NCBI GenBank assembly: GCA_043228905.1
Contig: JBHGNT010000005.1
Span: 1 to 64,000, forward strand
Direction: 5' to 3'
DNA length: 64,000 bases
From: Azolla caroliniana
Lineage: Eukaryota > Plantae > Polypodiophyta
The notes under the pieces were generated by a model. The model did not search any database and was not told where the DNA came from. It was given only the letters and a program-made list of their open reading frames with translations. A program made the position numbers and the translations under genes. Each line of letters begins with the position of its first letter. Positions within the stretch are counted from its first letter, which is position 1. This document shows positions 13,201-26,000 of the stretch, in pieces.

Positions 13201-16200
13201 TTTATATGGTATCAGAGCGCAAGGGTTGAGAATCCTCTGCCGCGGACAAGCGTTCCAACACAGACAAACCTAATCCTTGGACAAGAACAGACAAGAAGAA
13301 GAATATGGACAAAGGAATGGGTGGTGCTCTTCCGGCAGAGAAGTTGGACAGAAGCAACTACGTGTCTTGGAAGTACAAGATGCACCAGTACCTGCCGGGG
13401 CATGGCTATTGGAGTTACATCCATGGAGAAAACGAAGTAGTGCCAGAAATGGCACACAAGGATTTTCCAACGTGGGAGCAGGCGGCAAGTAGAGTCTTGT
13501 ATTGCCTTGCATCCTGTGTGCACGACTAGATGTTGGGCTACATTCGAGATGCATAGACGCCGAAGGAGGCCTGAGAAAATCTGAAGAAGATTTTTGCCGT
13601 GAATAACACGGCCCGCAAGTTACAGCTTTGTCAAGAGCTCAACAATATCCGACAGAAGGATATGACGGTGACCGACTATACCACAAAGATCAAGGAAATC
13701 TGTGATGACTGCTATTTGCACAAGGGAGAAATCAATGTCATTTTTCGACCTGCAATCGATGCTTATGATCAAAGAAAACCACGCAACCTAACAGTCGGAT
13801 GCTGTACACGGACGCAGATAGGCCCCGTGGTCGTGGAGAACGTGGTGGATCTATACGCATTGGTGGCGGTCAACAGAAGCAAAATCAGAGGCATAATTGA
13901 CATGCCGAATCAGTTCCGGACCCTCCATGAGCAGGGAGGGTGTCAAGGCGGCACCGAAAACTGGCAAACAAAGGCTGCGACGGAATGTTGGTATTGTGGT
14001 CGTAAAGGCCACAGAGAAAGCGAGTGCTGAAAGAAGGCTGGTCCCGCTCAAGTAGCCCACCTGCTCAAGTAGCACACCCACCGGGGTCTCGGACGAAGGA
14101 GCTGATAAGAGAGTGAGAGAAAGTGTAGTGATATCAGAATTGGTTTCCAGATATCTTCGCCGGCACAGGGGCATGTGTATGTAACCGATCCGGATCAGTC
14201 ATTGGATGCTAGATGATGAGCGCAGGGGCTCAGACATGTATATTGCTCCGGACCTGTCGCTGGATAACAAACGATGAGCACACGGGCTCGGGACTCGGAT
14301 AAATGCGTGGGGTAGACGAGCACACGGGCTCGAACGCTCAGGTATATACGTAGGTGAAAGGGGAACAGAGATGAGAATTCGACAAAAACCAGGAAACACT
14401 GAGGAAAACAGAGGAAACCGGACACAACAAGATAAGCAATTAACTAGCAGACAAAGAGAGATACAACCGGACACGGCCAGCAACAGAGCTTTGAGCTCTC
14501 CACACAAAAATCTGTGGACACTAGTGAGCCTCTGATCGGGAGCACACAGGCTTCCAACGCGAACAAAGGCCTCGTAGTATAACGACAGAAAACCAGGAAC
14601 GGGAAGTGAGCAGTCAACTCGAAATCCGACAGGACTTCCTCCTCCCAAACGATGGAAATCCCCCTGTAACGGTCTTCCTCCCCTCCCCTTTTATAGTCAA
14701 GGAGGGTCGGTTACATCAGCTTTATGACAATCGTTTTCTATCAGTGATCCTCGCCGCGATATCCTCCCATCACACACATTATTCCCCTCTTTTTATGGGA
14801 TCTTAAAAATACCTATTAAACACTCTACCTAGTACTTATAAATACTTCAATATTTACAATTACTTTACACACAAGACCCATTTCGTGGGGGTGTTCGCAC
14901 ACCCCCGTTCACGCGCATCCGAAGATCTTTCTCCTAATTGCCGGAATCCTCCACGACAACGGTTTTATGGAATGCATAGATTCCCCATTGCATATTTAAG
15001 GACTTGCAAGGGATTCTAGCCATTGCATGTGAGGAGTGCTTCTCGGAAATCCACAAAACAGCAATAAATCCTCTAATTATGGGATCTGCCCTCCTCAATA
15101 AGGACTTGAGGGTCAATATGTGATCCAAAGTTGTGAACAATCTCCCAAAGCTTGCTGTAGAAAGCTGTGATTGTTGCAGGAAAATGATACAGCTCATCCA
15201 CAAAGAACAATCATGGCTTTCTTTAGTTCCATCACTCTTTATCATGTGTCTAGTCAATCAAGCACTACATATGTGGGATCTCTATTAGGACACCACGAAG
15301 GGGGCTTCAGTAGATAAGGCAATAGCAATATGTCATGCATGCCAGCCACGGTCACCTTGACCATGACCATGCCACCCTTGTCATTAACAAATAAAGGCTA
15401 TTTTCATAAGCACTAAAGGTGCTTCCCTCTCTAAGATCCTCTATGTTGGAGAATTTTTGAAGGTGAAAGTTTCAGTTTATCCAAGTTCAGAATCTTAAGT
15501 GCTTAGATAACTAGATTCTTCAGTGCACTATATTTAATTGTATTTATTTTGGTTTGTTGTTCCTAAGGAAAATACAATATTTTAAGATGTAATATCTTGT
15601 TTTCCCTTATAGGTCATTTTGGTTCCTTAAGACAGTTAATATAATTTGGTTTTATGGTGGGAATATAAATGATATTTGTGTGCTCTCTCTTCATCTCTTC
15701 CTCAGGATGTATAGTGCTAGCTAATTAGAATATTGGGTATCTTTGGAAGTTTTAATAAGTTAGTTCTCAAAAAGACAGTCCAATATGATATGCTAAATTC
15801 GTCTTAAAAGTTTCCAATATGATATACTTTCTTCTCTCTTTATTTATATTTATTTGGGAAAACTACCAGAAGATGAACTTTTCGTACCTCTGTTTTTTGT
15901 TTGTAAAAGCTATGCTATTTTGAGCATTAATGTTCTGTACATATAATAAACAAGAAGTTTTAGATATCTCTAAAGTTGAAGAAGATGAATTCACAACAGA
16001 AACTGATTATTCTCAGAATGTAAATGAGTTGGTGATGAAGGCATTTACTTAAAAAATTATCATTTGAATTTGAAGATTCATTTCAGAGCTCCTATTGCAG
16101 TGTAGTTATAATAGCTTCACAGTCTTTTCTTGTCCTTGTTTCTTATGTTTGTTTGAAATAATATATCCTGACAATATTTTTTTCTTTATCATTTTTAACA

Positions 16201-19200
16201 GCCCCCAAACACTAGTTCGAGCATTGAGGTATCCTTTCTTTTCATGGTATTGGGTATGTGTGTAAAAGTAACAAACTAAAGATTTTGTTGCTTATTTGGA
16301 GCGTCCAAAAAGAACTTTGATATGTAAATGATAAGATTGAATTGAAATAATGCTCAAAGTGTATTTCCTTAATTTATATTCTATTCTATAATTCAATCTA
16401 AGTGTACATTTTGCAGGAAAATTGTGTACATAATGTATTGTTCCTCTGCAGAGTAGTGGAGATGCAAGAAATATTCGATCAACAACAAGAAGATGAAGCT
16501 GCTGAATTAGAAGGAGGCTCTATTTCAAGTTTAGTTACTGATGGCAATAAGAGGTGTGATAAAGAACCTGAATATTTCACATCCTAGGTTTTTGTTTTGT
16601 TTATTTTTTGGGCTAGAATAATATCTTCTTGCAGCAACGTATAACCTCAGGCCATCCACACAATCACCAAAGGGAATGCTGCCTCCAAGGGCATCTGAGA
16701 ATTATGCGAAAGAGAAGAGAGGAAGAAATTATAAAGATAAATGCTATAAAGCAATTGCGAGGGCCGTGGAAAAGAGGTTCAACTTACTTATTTCTAATGT
16801 AAGAGCTTGTTAAGGATTAATGCATTAAAATAAAAGAAATTAGTGAGAAATAAAAATGGATGACAAAGATAGGGTTGGAAAACATTTCTGTTATTTGTTA
16901 ATTAGTTCTATAACTCTTTTCACCAATCTAAATGATCAGTCTGTAATATGCATTTTGTAGCTTGTAGAAGATGATCTGAATGCAGCCTTGGAGGAAGCTA
17001 GTGCAGTGAGTAATATGACCAGAAAATGTTTCATTTCCTGCTTGCCAGAATATATTTGCAAATTATTTTCTGCATTTTCTAACAGATTGCTGGAGAATTG
17101 CCCGACATTTACGACTATGTTGCTCCATGCTTTCCACCACGGTCAGTCTAAGATATGCCCATTGTTACTAAGCATATGTTTGAAAGAAATGTTCGTTAGA
17201 ATCATGAGTCATGTGAAGCCAAAAATAGAAAGAAATTACACACGAATTCTGAATGCAGTCTTCTTCTTAAGTTCATACTTTGTAATGGAATAAGCTGTCT
17301 TGAGAATGAGCAGTATAGTACTCCCCTGAAGTCCATCTGTATATGTGCTTATAGATATATGATTATGTTAATGATGTATTTGGATTACCCAGATCAAATG
17401 GATAGATTAGTTTGCCACACATTTCTCATTTTACTTATGAACTTGGACGCATTAGTTACAGCCAACTGTTTCTCATGTCTGCATGAAGGTCTGAGTTTTG
17501 GATAATCTTTTTCATCTTTCAGATATGCAATCTTTGTAACCATGGTACAGCTTTATACTGAACGTTTCGTTCAAATGCTGAGGAAGCTTGGGGATAGAAC
17601 TAATGATCTTACTAATCCAGAAATATTGAAGGTATGTCTTGCTGCATTTTATGAAGCAATTGTACAATAATTTAGATATTTATGTAGGGGACGATCGAGG
17701 CCATGTATGTGGGATGCAGAATTAGAGAATAACCTGAATGATTTATTTCAAGTGATGATTTGCATTGTGAGACATCATGCATAATAGAGTGGCCATTCAA
17801 ATTTTGAATATGTATCACAAAGAGTTGATGTATCTACAACATTATCTCATCTATTGGAATCTACATTCAATGAAAAGGCTACGGGAGGTGAACTCTTTAT
17901 TCAGACCCCTTTTGGAACCATATGAGACAAATCTTCTGGAGACAAAGAAGAAGATTATGTTAGGGGACCCAAAGGACGGATAGCAAGTATCAGAAAGGTG
18001 GATTAAAAAGAAAATGAAATACATTTACCAGATCAGGATAAATGAAGAAGTCCAGTGGGAACATTCTTAAAGTGCCACAATGACATATGCGACTGATACA
18101 GAGGCTACATCTAAAAATCCCATTTCATCTTCAACAACAGAAAAACTTAAATAAATATAAATAAACTAGAAACCTGCCCAAGGTATCTTGGCTTTTCTGC
18201 AACTCATTTTGCGAAGGGTATATCTTGAAGTCCCACGCTCTTATGTAAAAATGTTGATATTCCTGCTAGCTGGAGATATAACTAAGTGATTTTAGGTGGC
18301 GTGAAAGTTCTACCATAGTTGTTAAAGAACGTGTATTCTACGTTTAGAATACATTTTAGAATACTCTGAAGTATTCTACATGTATTCCACGTTTTAGAAC
18401 TGCCGTTTTTCAAATTTTCACGTATTACACTTATTCTAAAAAATTTACGTATTCTACGTATTTAACAACTATTTATCATTTCAAAAAAGTTCAAAAAAAT
18501 TTTAAATTTTCTTTTTTTGAAAAAAAAACTTTAAAATTTAAGAAGTATTTAATGTATTTTACAAGTATTCTACACATATTCTAAGTATTTAACGTATTTT
18601 ATCTGTAAAATACGTATTCTAAGTAGTTTTTTTAAAAGTTAGAATACTTGTAGAGTACTTAGCATACGTATTCTACACATATTGTATGCTAAGTATTCTA
18701 CAACAATGAGTTGTACCTTCCACAGATGTCCAACATGGGCTGGCCCAAGATGGAGAGATCATGTACGTGCCACAGAGTAAGAGATTCTCTGTAGGGAGGG
18801 GACAGGGAATCTTGTATTATGGCATGAGGCATGCGGTAAGAAATGTCCTCTGAGGCCCTGTTGCAAGATAACCGGTGAAAATGTGTTCAACTAACTCTCA
18901 ATGGAACACTGTTTCTGAAGAATAATGCTGCAGTAGCTCGTCAATGCTTGTGTGTCCTGTTTATTTAGGATTTGGTCCATCTGCTCCCGATGTATTCCTA
19001 CTGTTGTTTTCTTTTGGCTTTGTTACGGTTTTTGACTGAGAACTTAATGGTTGGAAGCATCCAAGTCTAACTAGATTCTAGTCTCATGAACATATCATTC
19101 TTTTATCTTGTACAGGATGTAGTTTGTAATTGAGCTTGCTTATATTCCTGGTTACATGGGTGATGCTATCTGCAGGTAGCAAGCTGGGTTGTGCAATATC

Positions 19201-21571
19201 AGGAACAACTTATAAGTTTAGGAGTCGACCAGTCACTCGCACAAGTCTGCGCTGAGAGTGGAGCAATGGACCCCTTAATGAACGCATATGTTGATCGTAT
19301 GCAAAAAGCAATGCAGGTAGCTCTTTTGTTAGAAATAAAAAGATAACACTATTTAACATATATTAGCATCAATTTTTTGCCACTGGTGAATTGGTCTCTG
19401 ATGTTGATGGGGTGGAGTATATTAGGTTTGGTACACCAATATTCTACAGGCTGATAAAGTTCATCCTGTAAAACGAACCGAAGATGGAAAATGCTATACA
19501 ATGGCGGCGGTTGATTTGTTCCGAATATTAGGTGAGCAAGTGCAAGTCGTCGAAGAGAGCAGCACTGATGTGATGCTATATCGTATTGCTCTTGCAGTAA
19601 TCCAGGTAATAATATTATGAAATAGTTCGGTTGTTAGGCAATCAATGTAACTTTAACCCTCCATCCATTGGAGTAACTCTGTGCAATTTTCTCTTCTTTC
19701 AGGTAATGGGTGATTTTCAGACAGCTGAACGTCTACGTTTAGAGGATCCTGGGGAATTAGAACTTGAACTTATATGTGCTATGGTAAGGAGGGTTGATTG
19801 ATGTATGATCCAGGGAATTAGAACTTGAACTTATATTCCTTGTATTGAAATATTGTAAAGATTGTATGATCTGGCTTTTGCAGGTGAATAACAATTTGCG
19901 CTGCTATGATCTATCAATAGATCTAAGCCACACTATTATGGAGGCTTTGACTATATACTATGAGGAGCAGGTATTCATCATATGTGCTTTATTAGAATTC
20001 TATGTCATCTGTGAAGTAGTATGGCTTCAATCAAGGCCATCGATTGGACTTATCATTCTTCCAATCACACCTACAGCAAAAGCTTCAGGGAAGTTAATAG
20101 TACTCCTCAAATAATTAAGGATGAAACCATCAAAGGCTAACAAAGCTAATAGCTTCTGATATTCAACATTATGGTCTTTGTTTCTGCGTTCACCTGCTGC
20201 ATGTCCTTTTCTGTTTATCTGTCTCTTGTTTCTACTGGTCATGGTTTTGTTGATAGATGGAATGTCTCTGGCAGGTCAATTTTGAAGATACGTGCAAAGG
20301 ATTTCTAGAAGTTGCTAAGGTCTTTTAACCCTCATTCACCTTATGATTACAAAGCTGATGGAAAATATATGCTTATCTGATCCAACTGGAACGCGTGAAA
20401 TCATGTCATTTGAACAGGAAGGTGTCCAGCGAGTTGTGAAATCAATTTTTGAAGACCCAGGTGTAAAGGATTTGCTTGCCAAACTTTATCACAAAGGTGA
20501 ATCAATCGTGATATTTTGTGAATTGAATGATTTGTTATTCCTTCATACTTCTAAAATACAATTATTGCATCAGATTGGTATGAAGGCCTGGTAACTGAAT
20601 ATCTGGTTGAAACATTCAGCGACTACTTCTCTGATATAAAAATGTGGGTAAAAAGTAATATAGTTTTGTTATGTGCTGTAGAGGTGCCTAGCAGAGCCAT
20701 AAAATGTGGAACTGTTTTTTCTCATGATAGATTTCTTGAAGAGAGATCATATCGGAGGTGTGTTGAATCATGCTTGGAGGAAACAATTGTTGTCTATGTG
20801 GACCATCTGCTTACCCAGGTATGTCCATTATTGGCTAATTTGTTCCATGAAAATGTAATAGGTTTTCTTTGGCTTACCAGAAGATATGCATCACCTGTTA
20901 TTATCCAGCGGAATTACATTAGCGAAGATATGCTAGAACGAATCCGTCTTGATGAAGAAGTTTTGACAGCTTTCTTCAGTATCCATGTGAATCAACAGGT
21001 AAGATTGGTTCTCAAAAACCAGAAAGGACTTTGAGTAGTCATAGTTTCTTTTCTGGTATTAAATCTGCTATTTGCCATTAAATATTTTGTCCATATCTTG
21101 TAAACAGAAAGTTCAGAAACGTGTGCAACCATTGGCTGACCTGAAGGAGCTAGCATCAGCAGAAAATGTCGATGACTTCGGACTGGCATATACAAACCTC
21201 TTGCAAAACCAACCAGACTGTCCTGTGGGTTTTTAACTTTTGTTTTCTGATATTTTTATTGCTGATGATTATTAAAGTATTTATGGAGTATAATGAAGGA
21301 ATTATGTTTTGCAGCCAGAAGTTGTTGAGAAGGTGCTAGCACTTCGGGAAGGTATTCCAAGGAAAGATGCCCGTGAGGTAGGAGAAACACAAAAAGTAAT
21401 AATACAAAATAACCCGTAACTTGTCATCAATCTCATTTTGAGTTCCTATTACAGGTTATGCAAGCATGTAGAGATGCATACAATAAAAGCATTGTCAATG
21501 GAGTCCCTAAATCAGGGCTAGTTTTCAGTAGACTTACATGCTTGCCAAAGGCTACATTAAAGTGGCGGTAA
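7203..21571 (+). CDS. SEC6: Exocyst complex component SEC6; 25 coding exons, about 749 aa
   Basis: Exons: 7203-7325, 7732-7770, 9481-9569, 10196-10286, 11636-11725, 11888-11967, 12057-12149, 16202-16228, 16452-16553, 16651-16798, 16961-17005, 17086-17141, 17523-17631, 19176-19316, 19426-19605, 19703-19783, 19884-19970, 20275-20319, 20418-20496, 20574-20643, 20731-20818, 20909-20998, 21108-21224, 21315-21377, 21455-21571. All are GT-AG and together give a 2250-nt open frame. Plant SEC6 motifs: [84 protein letters not shown]. Confidence 0.95.
8060..8650. repeat. Degenerate minisatellite (units of about 40-55 bp, roughly a dozen) in SEC6 intron 2
   Basis: A consensus like ATCATTAGAGAAGCTAGA-N-TTGGCCATTTGGCATATGGTCTCTAG recurs with substitutions and indels. 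Confidence 0.75.
11329..11545. repeat. Local tandem duplications in SEC6 intron 4
   Basis: AGTC(A/G)TCTATGGAATAAAGA occurs three times. TTCCTGGGTATGGA and TATAAAGCTGAAGGACTA each occur twice. Confidence 0.8.
12779..14035 (+). mobile_element. Truncated copia element (5' LTR, PBS, degenerate gag) in SEC6 intron 7, related to copia D
   Basis: The LTR-like segment 12779-13206 begins TGTTGAGAAGCAAGCTCAACAT, similar to the copia D LTR start. PBS TGGTATCAGAGC (tRNAi-Met) lies at 13207-13218. Gag [19 protein letters not shown]... and the knuckle [14 protein letters not shown] match D's MDRGMASLLPTEKLDRTNY and [14 protein letters not shown]. Stops and deletions are present. Confidence 0.85.
14040..14915 (-). 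mobile_element. GC-richer LTR-like fragment of an unidentified element in SEC6 intron 7
   Basis: Composition shifts abruptly here. There are short internal repeats (GACGAGCACACGGGCTCG twice), an inverted pair TGTAACCGA (14180) / TCGGTTACA (14715), a minus-strand TATA (CTATAAAAGGG) and a hairpin GGGGGTGT-TCGC-ACACCCCC near 14890. No TSD was found. Confidence 0.4.
14930..15170 (-). mobile_element. Non-LTR retrotransposon RT fragment (RTE-like)
   Basis: The minus strand encodes [16 protein letters not shown] and, in another frame, IYCCFVDFR. These correspond to the non-LTR RT motifs QAGFR..DHI and FVDF.KAFD. Confidence 0.7.
18314..18708. mobile_element. hAT-type MITE in SEC6 intron 13
   Basis: Imperfect TIRs CATAGTTGTTAAAG / ...TTCTACAACAATG. 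The 8-bp flanks AGTTCTAC (18306-18313) and AGTTGTAC (18709-18716) match at 7 of 8 positions. The interior carries many TATTCTACG subterminal motifs. Confidence 0.7.
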
Positions 21572-23099
21572 ATAGTTTCTTTAAATATACAACCAAAGTT
21601 CACCATCTATTCCAGTTTCACTCATGAAAAAATTTATTTTTAACTTTTTGAGCTACTCATGAGCAAATGGTAGAGTTCCCACTATTGAATTGCCTCCCAC
21701 GCTTGTCTCTTATAACATGCCATCTTGCGCATTTCTTTGCGAGCATGTACTAAGGTAATAGTACTTCTAAGTCGTGATAATTTAAGTTGTCTAGGTAAGT
21801 CTCTACAATCCTCATCATACCATCTATTTTGTGGCATAGACCCTACTCTACCTTGCTTGGAGTGTTTCGTGTGTGGGAATTACTAATTGCTACAAAATGA
21901 AGGATGTGTGTGAGTTATATAGATTCTCGAAGGCAATGAAGAATCAAGTGAGGAGAGATGAGCTTGAAGAGAGAGAGAAACTACCCATGTTTTACCAATA
22001 AAAGAAAAAAAAAAGAGACTACCCATGTGGTTAGTGGCTGACCATACTCCATTGTGACATCCATTCTAAGTAGTGTTTTTTACATACATTTATTAATATA
22101 ATTGTGTTTTCACAAGTGAGAGAGGGAGAGGAGAGAGAGAGTAACAACTTACCACGAGGGTAAGCTAATTACGATTGGAGAGAGAGAGAGAGAGAGAGAA
22201 AGTAAATGGGGGATGTAGAAGCCTCATTTTGTAATTATGGAAATGAACAAGCATAGTTATGTCATTCCTATCTGTTCCTCATATGCTATGCTATGTACAG
22301 TAAACATTCGGTCAAGTGTGCACTTTGAACGCATGGAAGAAGTGCGCACTTAGGGGTTTTCTAAAACATTTTAGGGTTTTTTGGAATTTTTTTGGGTTTT
22401 CTGAATTATTTTCCTTTTGTGCTCTAATCATACAATTTTTCATAAGAAAAGTGATCAATTTACGTGATATAATTGACTTGAAACGTTTCTGGTTTCAACA
22501 TACATACTCTTCAGTTTCTTTCTTGATTTCAAATTACCTTCAGTTTTCATCTTTCTGCTACATTTGAGGAATACATCCATTATGCAAGTTACAAACCTAA
22601 TGAACTTCCTTGGATGCAATGACAAATCAAAGTATAGATGGAGGAGATAGGAAAAGAAAGAGGGGGAGCAACGGACAAATCCTAGGCTGCAACTTCTATT
22701 ATATTTGAGAATAAACAAAATGCACCAAAAGAGAGAGGGAGGGAAAGAGGATTTCTTCATGCAGGAAAAGAGCACGCATGCAGCACTGACACAAAAAAAG
22801 AGAAGGACAATATGTAGAAGTTTTGTTGCACATGGAGAAGGAGATCTCGCGTTCGTGGCCAATCGTTGCAAAAACTTGACTATTCACAATCATCAAGATA
22901 TCATCATGGCAATTAACCATAGGCAAGGTCGAAATAATCAATGATCAATTGCAAGTTAAAATGGATGTCTTGCAGGGTGAGGTTGATGTCTTTATGACAT
23001 GGAGTAGTGCTCGGTTGTCGCCCAAGTCTTGGGTAAATGCTCGAGTAGAGGTGATCTTTGTCATCTTCTTCGGGTAGCGTTATAGGAGAAACTACATAA

Positions 23100-26000
23100 A
23101 ATTAGTGATATACATATGATGGCTTGAGATTACTATCAATTGGAGTTTGCAGACTATTCCTCTGTTCGCAATCTCCTTGCTATTCACTCGGGCCTGAGAT
23201 TGCTATCAATTGGAGTTTGCAAACCATTCCTCCTTTCGCAATCTCGTTGTTACTCACTCGGTAAACATCTCAAGTGCATGGCTTCATTTTTTCCCATGGA
23301 CCCATGACTTTGATTCAGCAAATCTACAAGCCGATGCAACAGGTTGCTTTACGTGTATTGTTGTCTTCCTAGGCCTAGATAAGGAATGGAGAGAGTGTCT
23401 TCCGAAAATTAGGGCAACAATGGGAAAACTGGTGCATGTTAATTCATCTACGTTCAGGGACATTGCGGAAAAAGCTCCGTCTATCAACCTACTATGTCAA
23501 AAGATGCAATTTTAGCTAATTGGATTCGTCTTCCGAAGTGTCAAGGTAATATGTTTTAGAAAATTCAGAAAGTGCTTTATTTTGGTTTGCCCAACTAGTG
23601 TTTTTCTTGTAAAAAAATTGGCCATTACACAAAAGATTGTTCAGTTGCCGATGTCAAGCCTATTGTTGTTGTGAATAATCAAAGTAATATTGTTCTCAAT
23701 ACTTTGTTGCCTCATGAAATTCAACCGGAGAAGGTTTTTGATACATCTTCAAATTATATGTGGAAAGGGAAAACTGTTCACATGCTTTGCTCCAATACCC
23801 CTCAAATTGCATTGCCTAAATGTAGTAAGGACGCTTTGTGGCAATATATAGGAATGTCGGTTTCCACTCCATCCATGGAGATTATTCCAATAAATTCCCC
23901 TCACTTTGCATTGCTTGAATGTAGTATGGACGATTTGCGTAAAGATGTAGGAATGTCGGTTCCCACTTCCTCTTTGGAAATCGTTCCAGTAATTGACCTA
24001 GCGCCAAAACAAGTTATGACGAAAGTTAAAATGTCAGTTCAAAAAATGATAACCTCTTTTTAAAATAAGGGTCCAAAGGTAGATGCTTGATCATATTCAG
24101 TTTTTTTGCAAATGGAAGACGGGCAAGCGCCTTATGTTTTTTCCTTTGCGAATGATAGTATAGAAACATTTAGAAATAGCAAAACTAGAGTGCATAAAGA
24201 CCATCGTGTTTTATACAAAGATTCCTATATGGAAAAAAGAATAACAAGAGCAGTAACATCTTCTCAAAAGGAGAGACAAAGAGTTTTGACTAATAAGGGG
24301 TCTTCTCCCACTCACTCCTAATATGGATTATGTTAACATTTTATCTTGGAACCTTCAAGGATTAGGTGTGAGTCATTGTAATAGAGTAAAATGTTACTTG
24401 AATCAAGAGTTATCTTTATCTAATATTGGTAGACTTGATATGTTATGTTTTCAAGAACACCATCTTAATTCGAGAAGGATGACATCGATTCGAAATTTAC
24501 TACATGGTAGTTGGATTTATGAATGGGTCTCAGCTTTTGGACCCTCAGGTACTCAAGGTGGTCTTTCTATCACACTTAGAATGCAATGGTAGCCTCATGT
24601 GCAGGTTAAAGGAGTTTTGCATGGTGGTAGAGCTCAATATATGCTTATTCTTATTTTTGGAAAGTTAATTGGTTTTTTGAATATATATGCTCCAAATTCT
24701 GCTATGGGAAGAATTCGTTTGTGGAATATGTCATTGCAAGATCTTAGCCCTTTCATCCGGACATTGTGCATGCATCTCAGATGTGATTTATGCAGGAATG
24801 TAGTATTTTTGTTTAGGGAGTTAATCGAGATTTCAACGAAAAATAAAGAAGATCTTGTTGTCGTTTTATTAGATTTTGAGAAGGCATATGACAAAGTTAA
24901 TTGGGATTTCATGGAGGGTTCATTTTTTAGATTAGGCTTTCCGGTCCAATGGATTAAAACTATAGCTTCGTTGTATCGTGAGGCTTTTAGTTCGGGCTTG
25001 GTAGCTGGTGGGGAAACTAGAAAATTCTCTATTTCGCGTTTTGTACGTCAAGGTTGTCCATTGGCCCTATTCTTGTTTTTGCTAGTGGAAACATTTTCAA
25101 TGTATTTAAATTCTTCTCAAGTTTCTATTAAGGGTTTGCCTTGTCCTTTTATAATTAGATTTTGAGAAGGCACATGACAAAGTTAATTGGGATTTCATGG
25201 AGGGTTCATTTTTTAGATTAGGCTTTCCAGTCCAATGGATTACAGTTGTAGCTTCGTTGTATCGTGAGGCTTTTAGTTCGGGCTTGGTAGCTGGTGGGCA
25301 ACCTAGAAAATTCTATATTTTGCGTTCTGTACGTCAAGGTTGTCCATTGGCCCCATTCTTGTTTTTGCTAGTAGTGGAAACATTTTCATTGTATTTAAAT
25401 TCTTCTCAAGTTTCTCTTAAGGGTTTGCCTTTGCCCTCAATGCAACAACAATTGTTGGATTCAAAGTTTGTTGATGATACTGCAATTTATGTCCAATGCA
25501 ATGATGATAATTTAAGAAAATTACACTTAGTAGCGGTGGACGAATTTTGCTTCGCCTCTGGAGCAAAGATAAATTGGCATAAATCTCTTGGTTTTTGGGT
25601 ATCGCCAAATCCGTTGCCTACTTGGATGCCTTCACACCATTTATTTCCCATGTTTGGAAACGTCTCTTCCATATTCTAAGTACCACCACCAAGTTATCGA
25701 CAACATTCCATCCACAAATAGACGAGCAAACAAAACACAACAATCAAGTACTAGAGAAATATCTTCGATGTGTGGTTAGTTACCAACAAGAAGATTGGAC
25801 TACGTTCCTCCCTTAGCTGAATTTGCTTATAATAACACCCTTCATTCATCCATCAACGCTTCCCCATTCTTTGCCAACTTTGGTTTCCAACCTCGCTTCA
25901 ACATATCCCTTCCCTCTGGTTCAACGACCAACCAACCGAGGCCCAACTGTCAAGTGGGTGACATGGTTTGGCTACTACGGCACAATATTACGACCACTCG

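Noticed and set aside
14180-14715. Possible solo LTR or MITE bounded by TGTAACCGA...TCGGTTACA
   Set aside because: The flanks (GTGTA and TCAGC) are not a TSD and similar composition extends on both sides, so it is kept only as an unclassified fragment.
22560-22944. Weak histone-fold-like peptide (ANRCKNLTIHNHQDIIMAI)
   Set aside because: The similarity is too short, there is no supporting gene structure and upstream frames are interrupted. It cannot be supported without a profile search.
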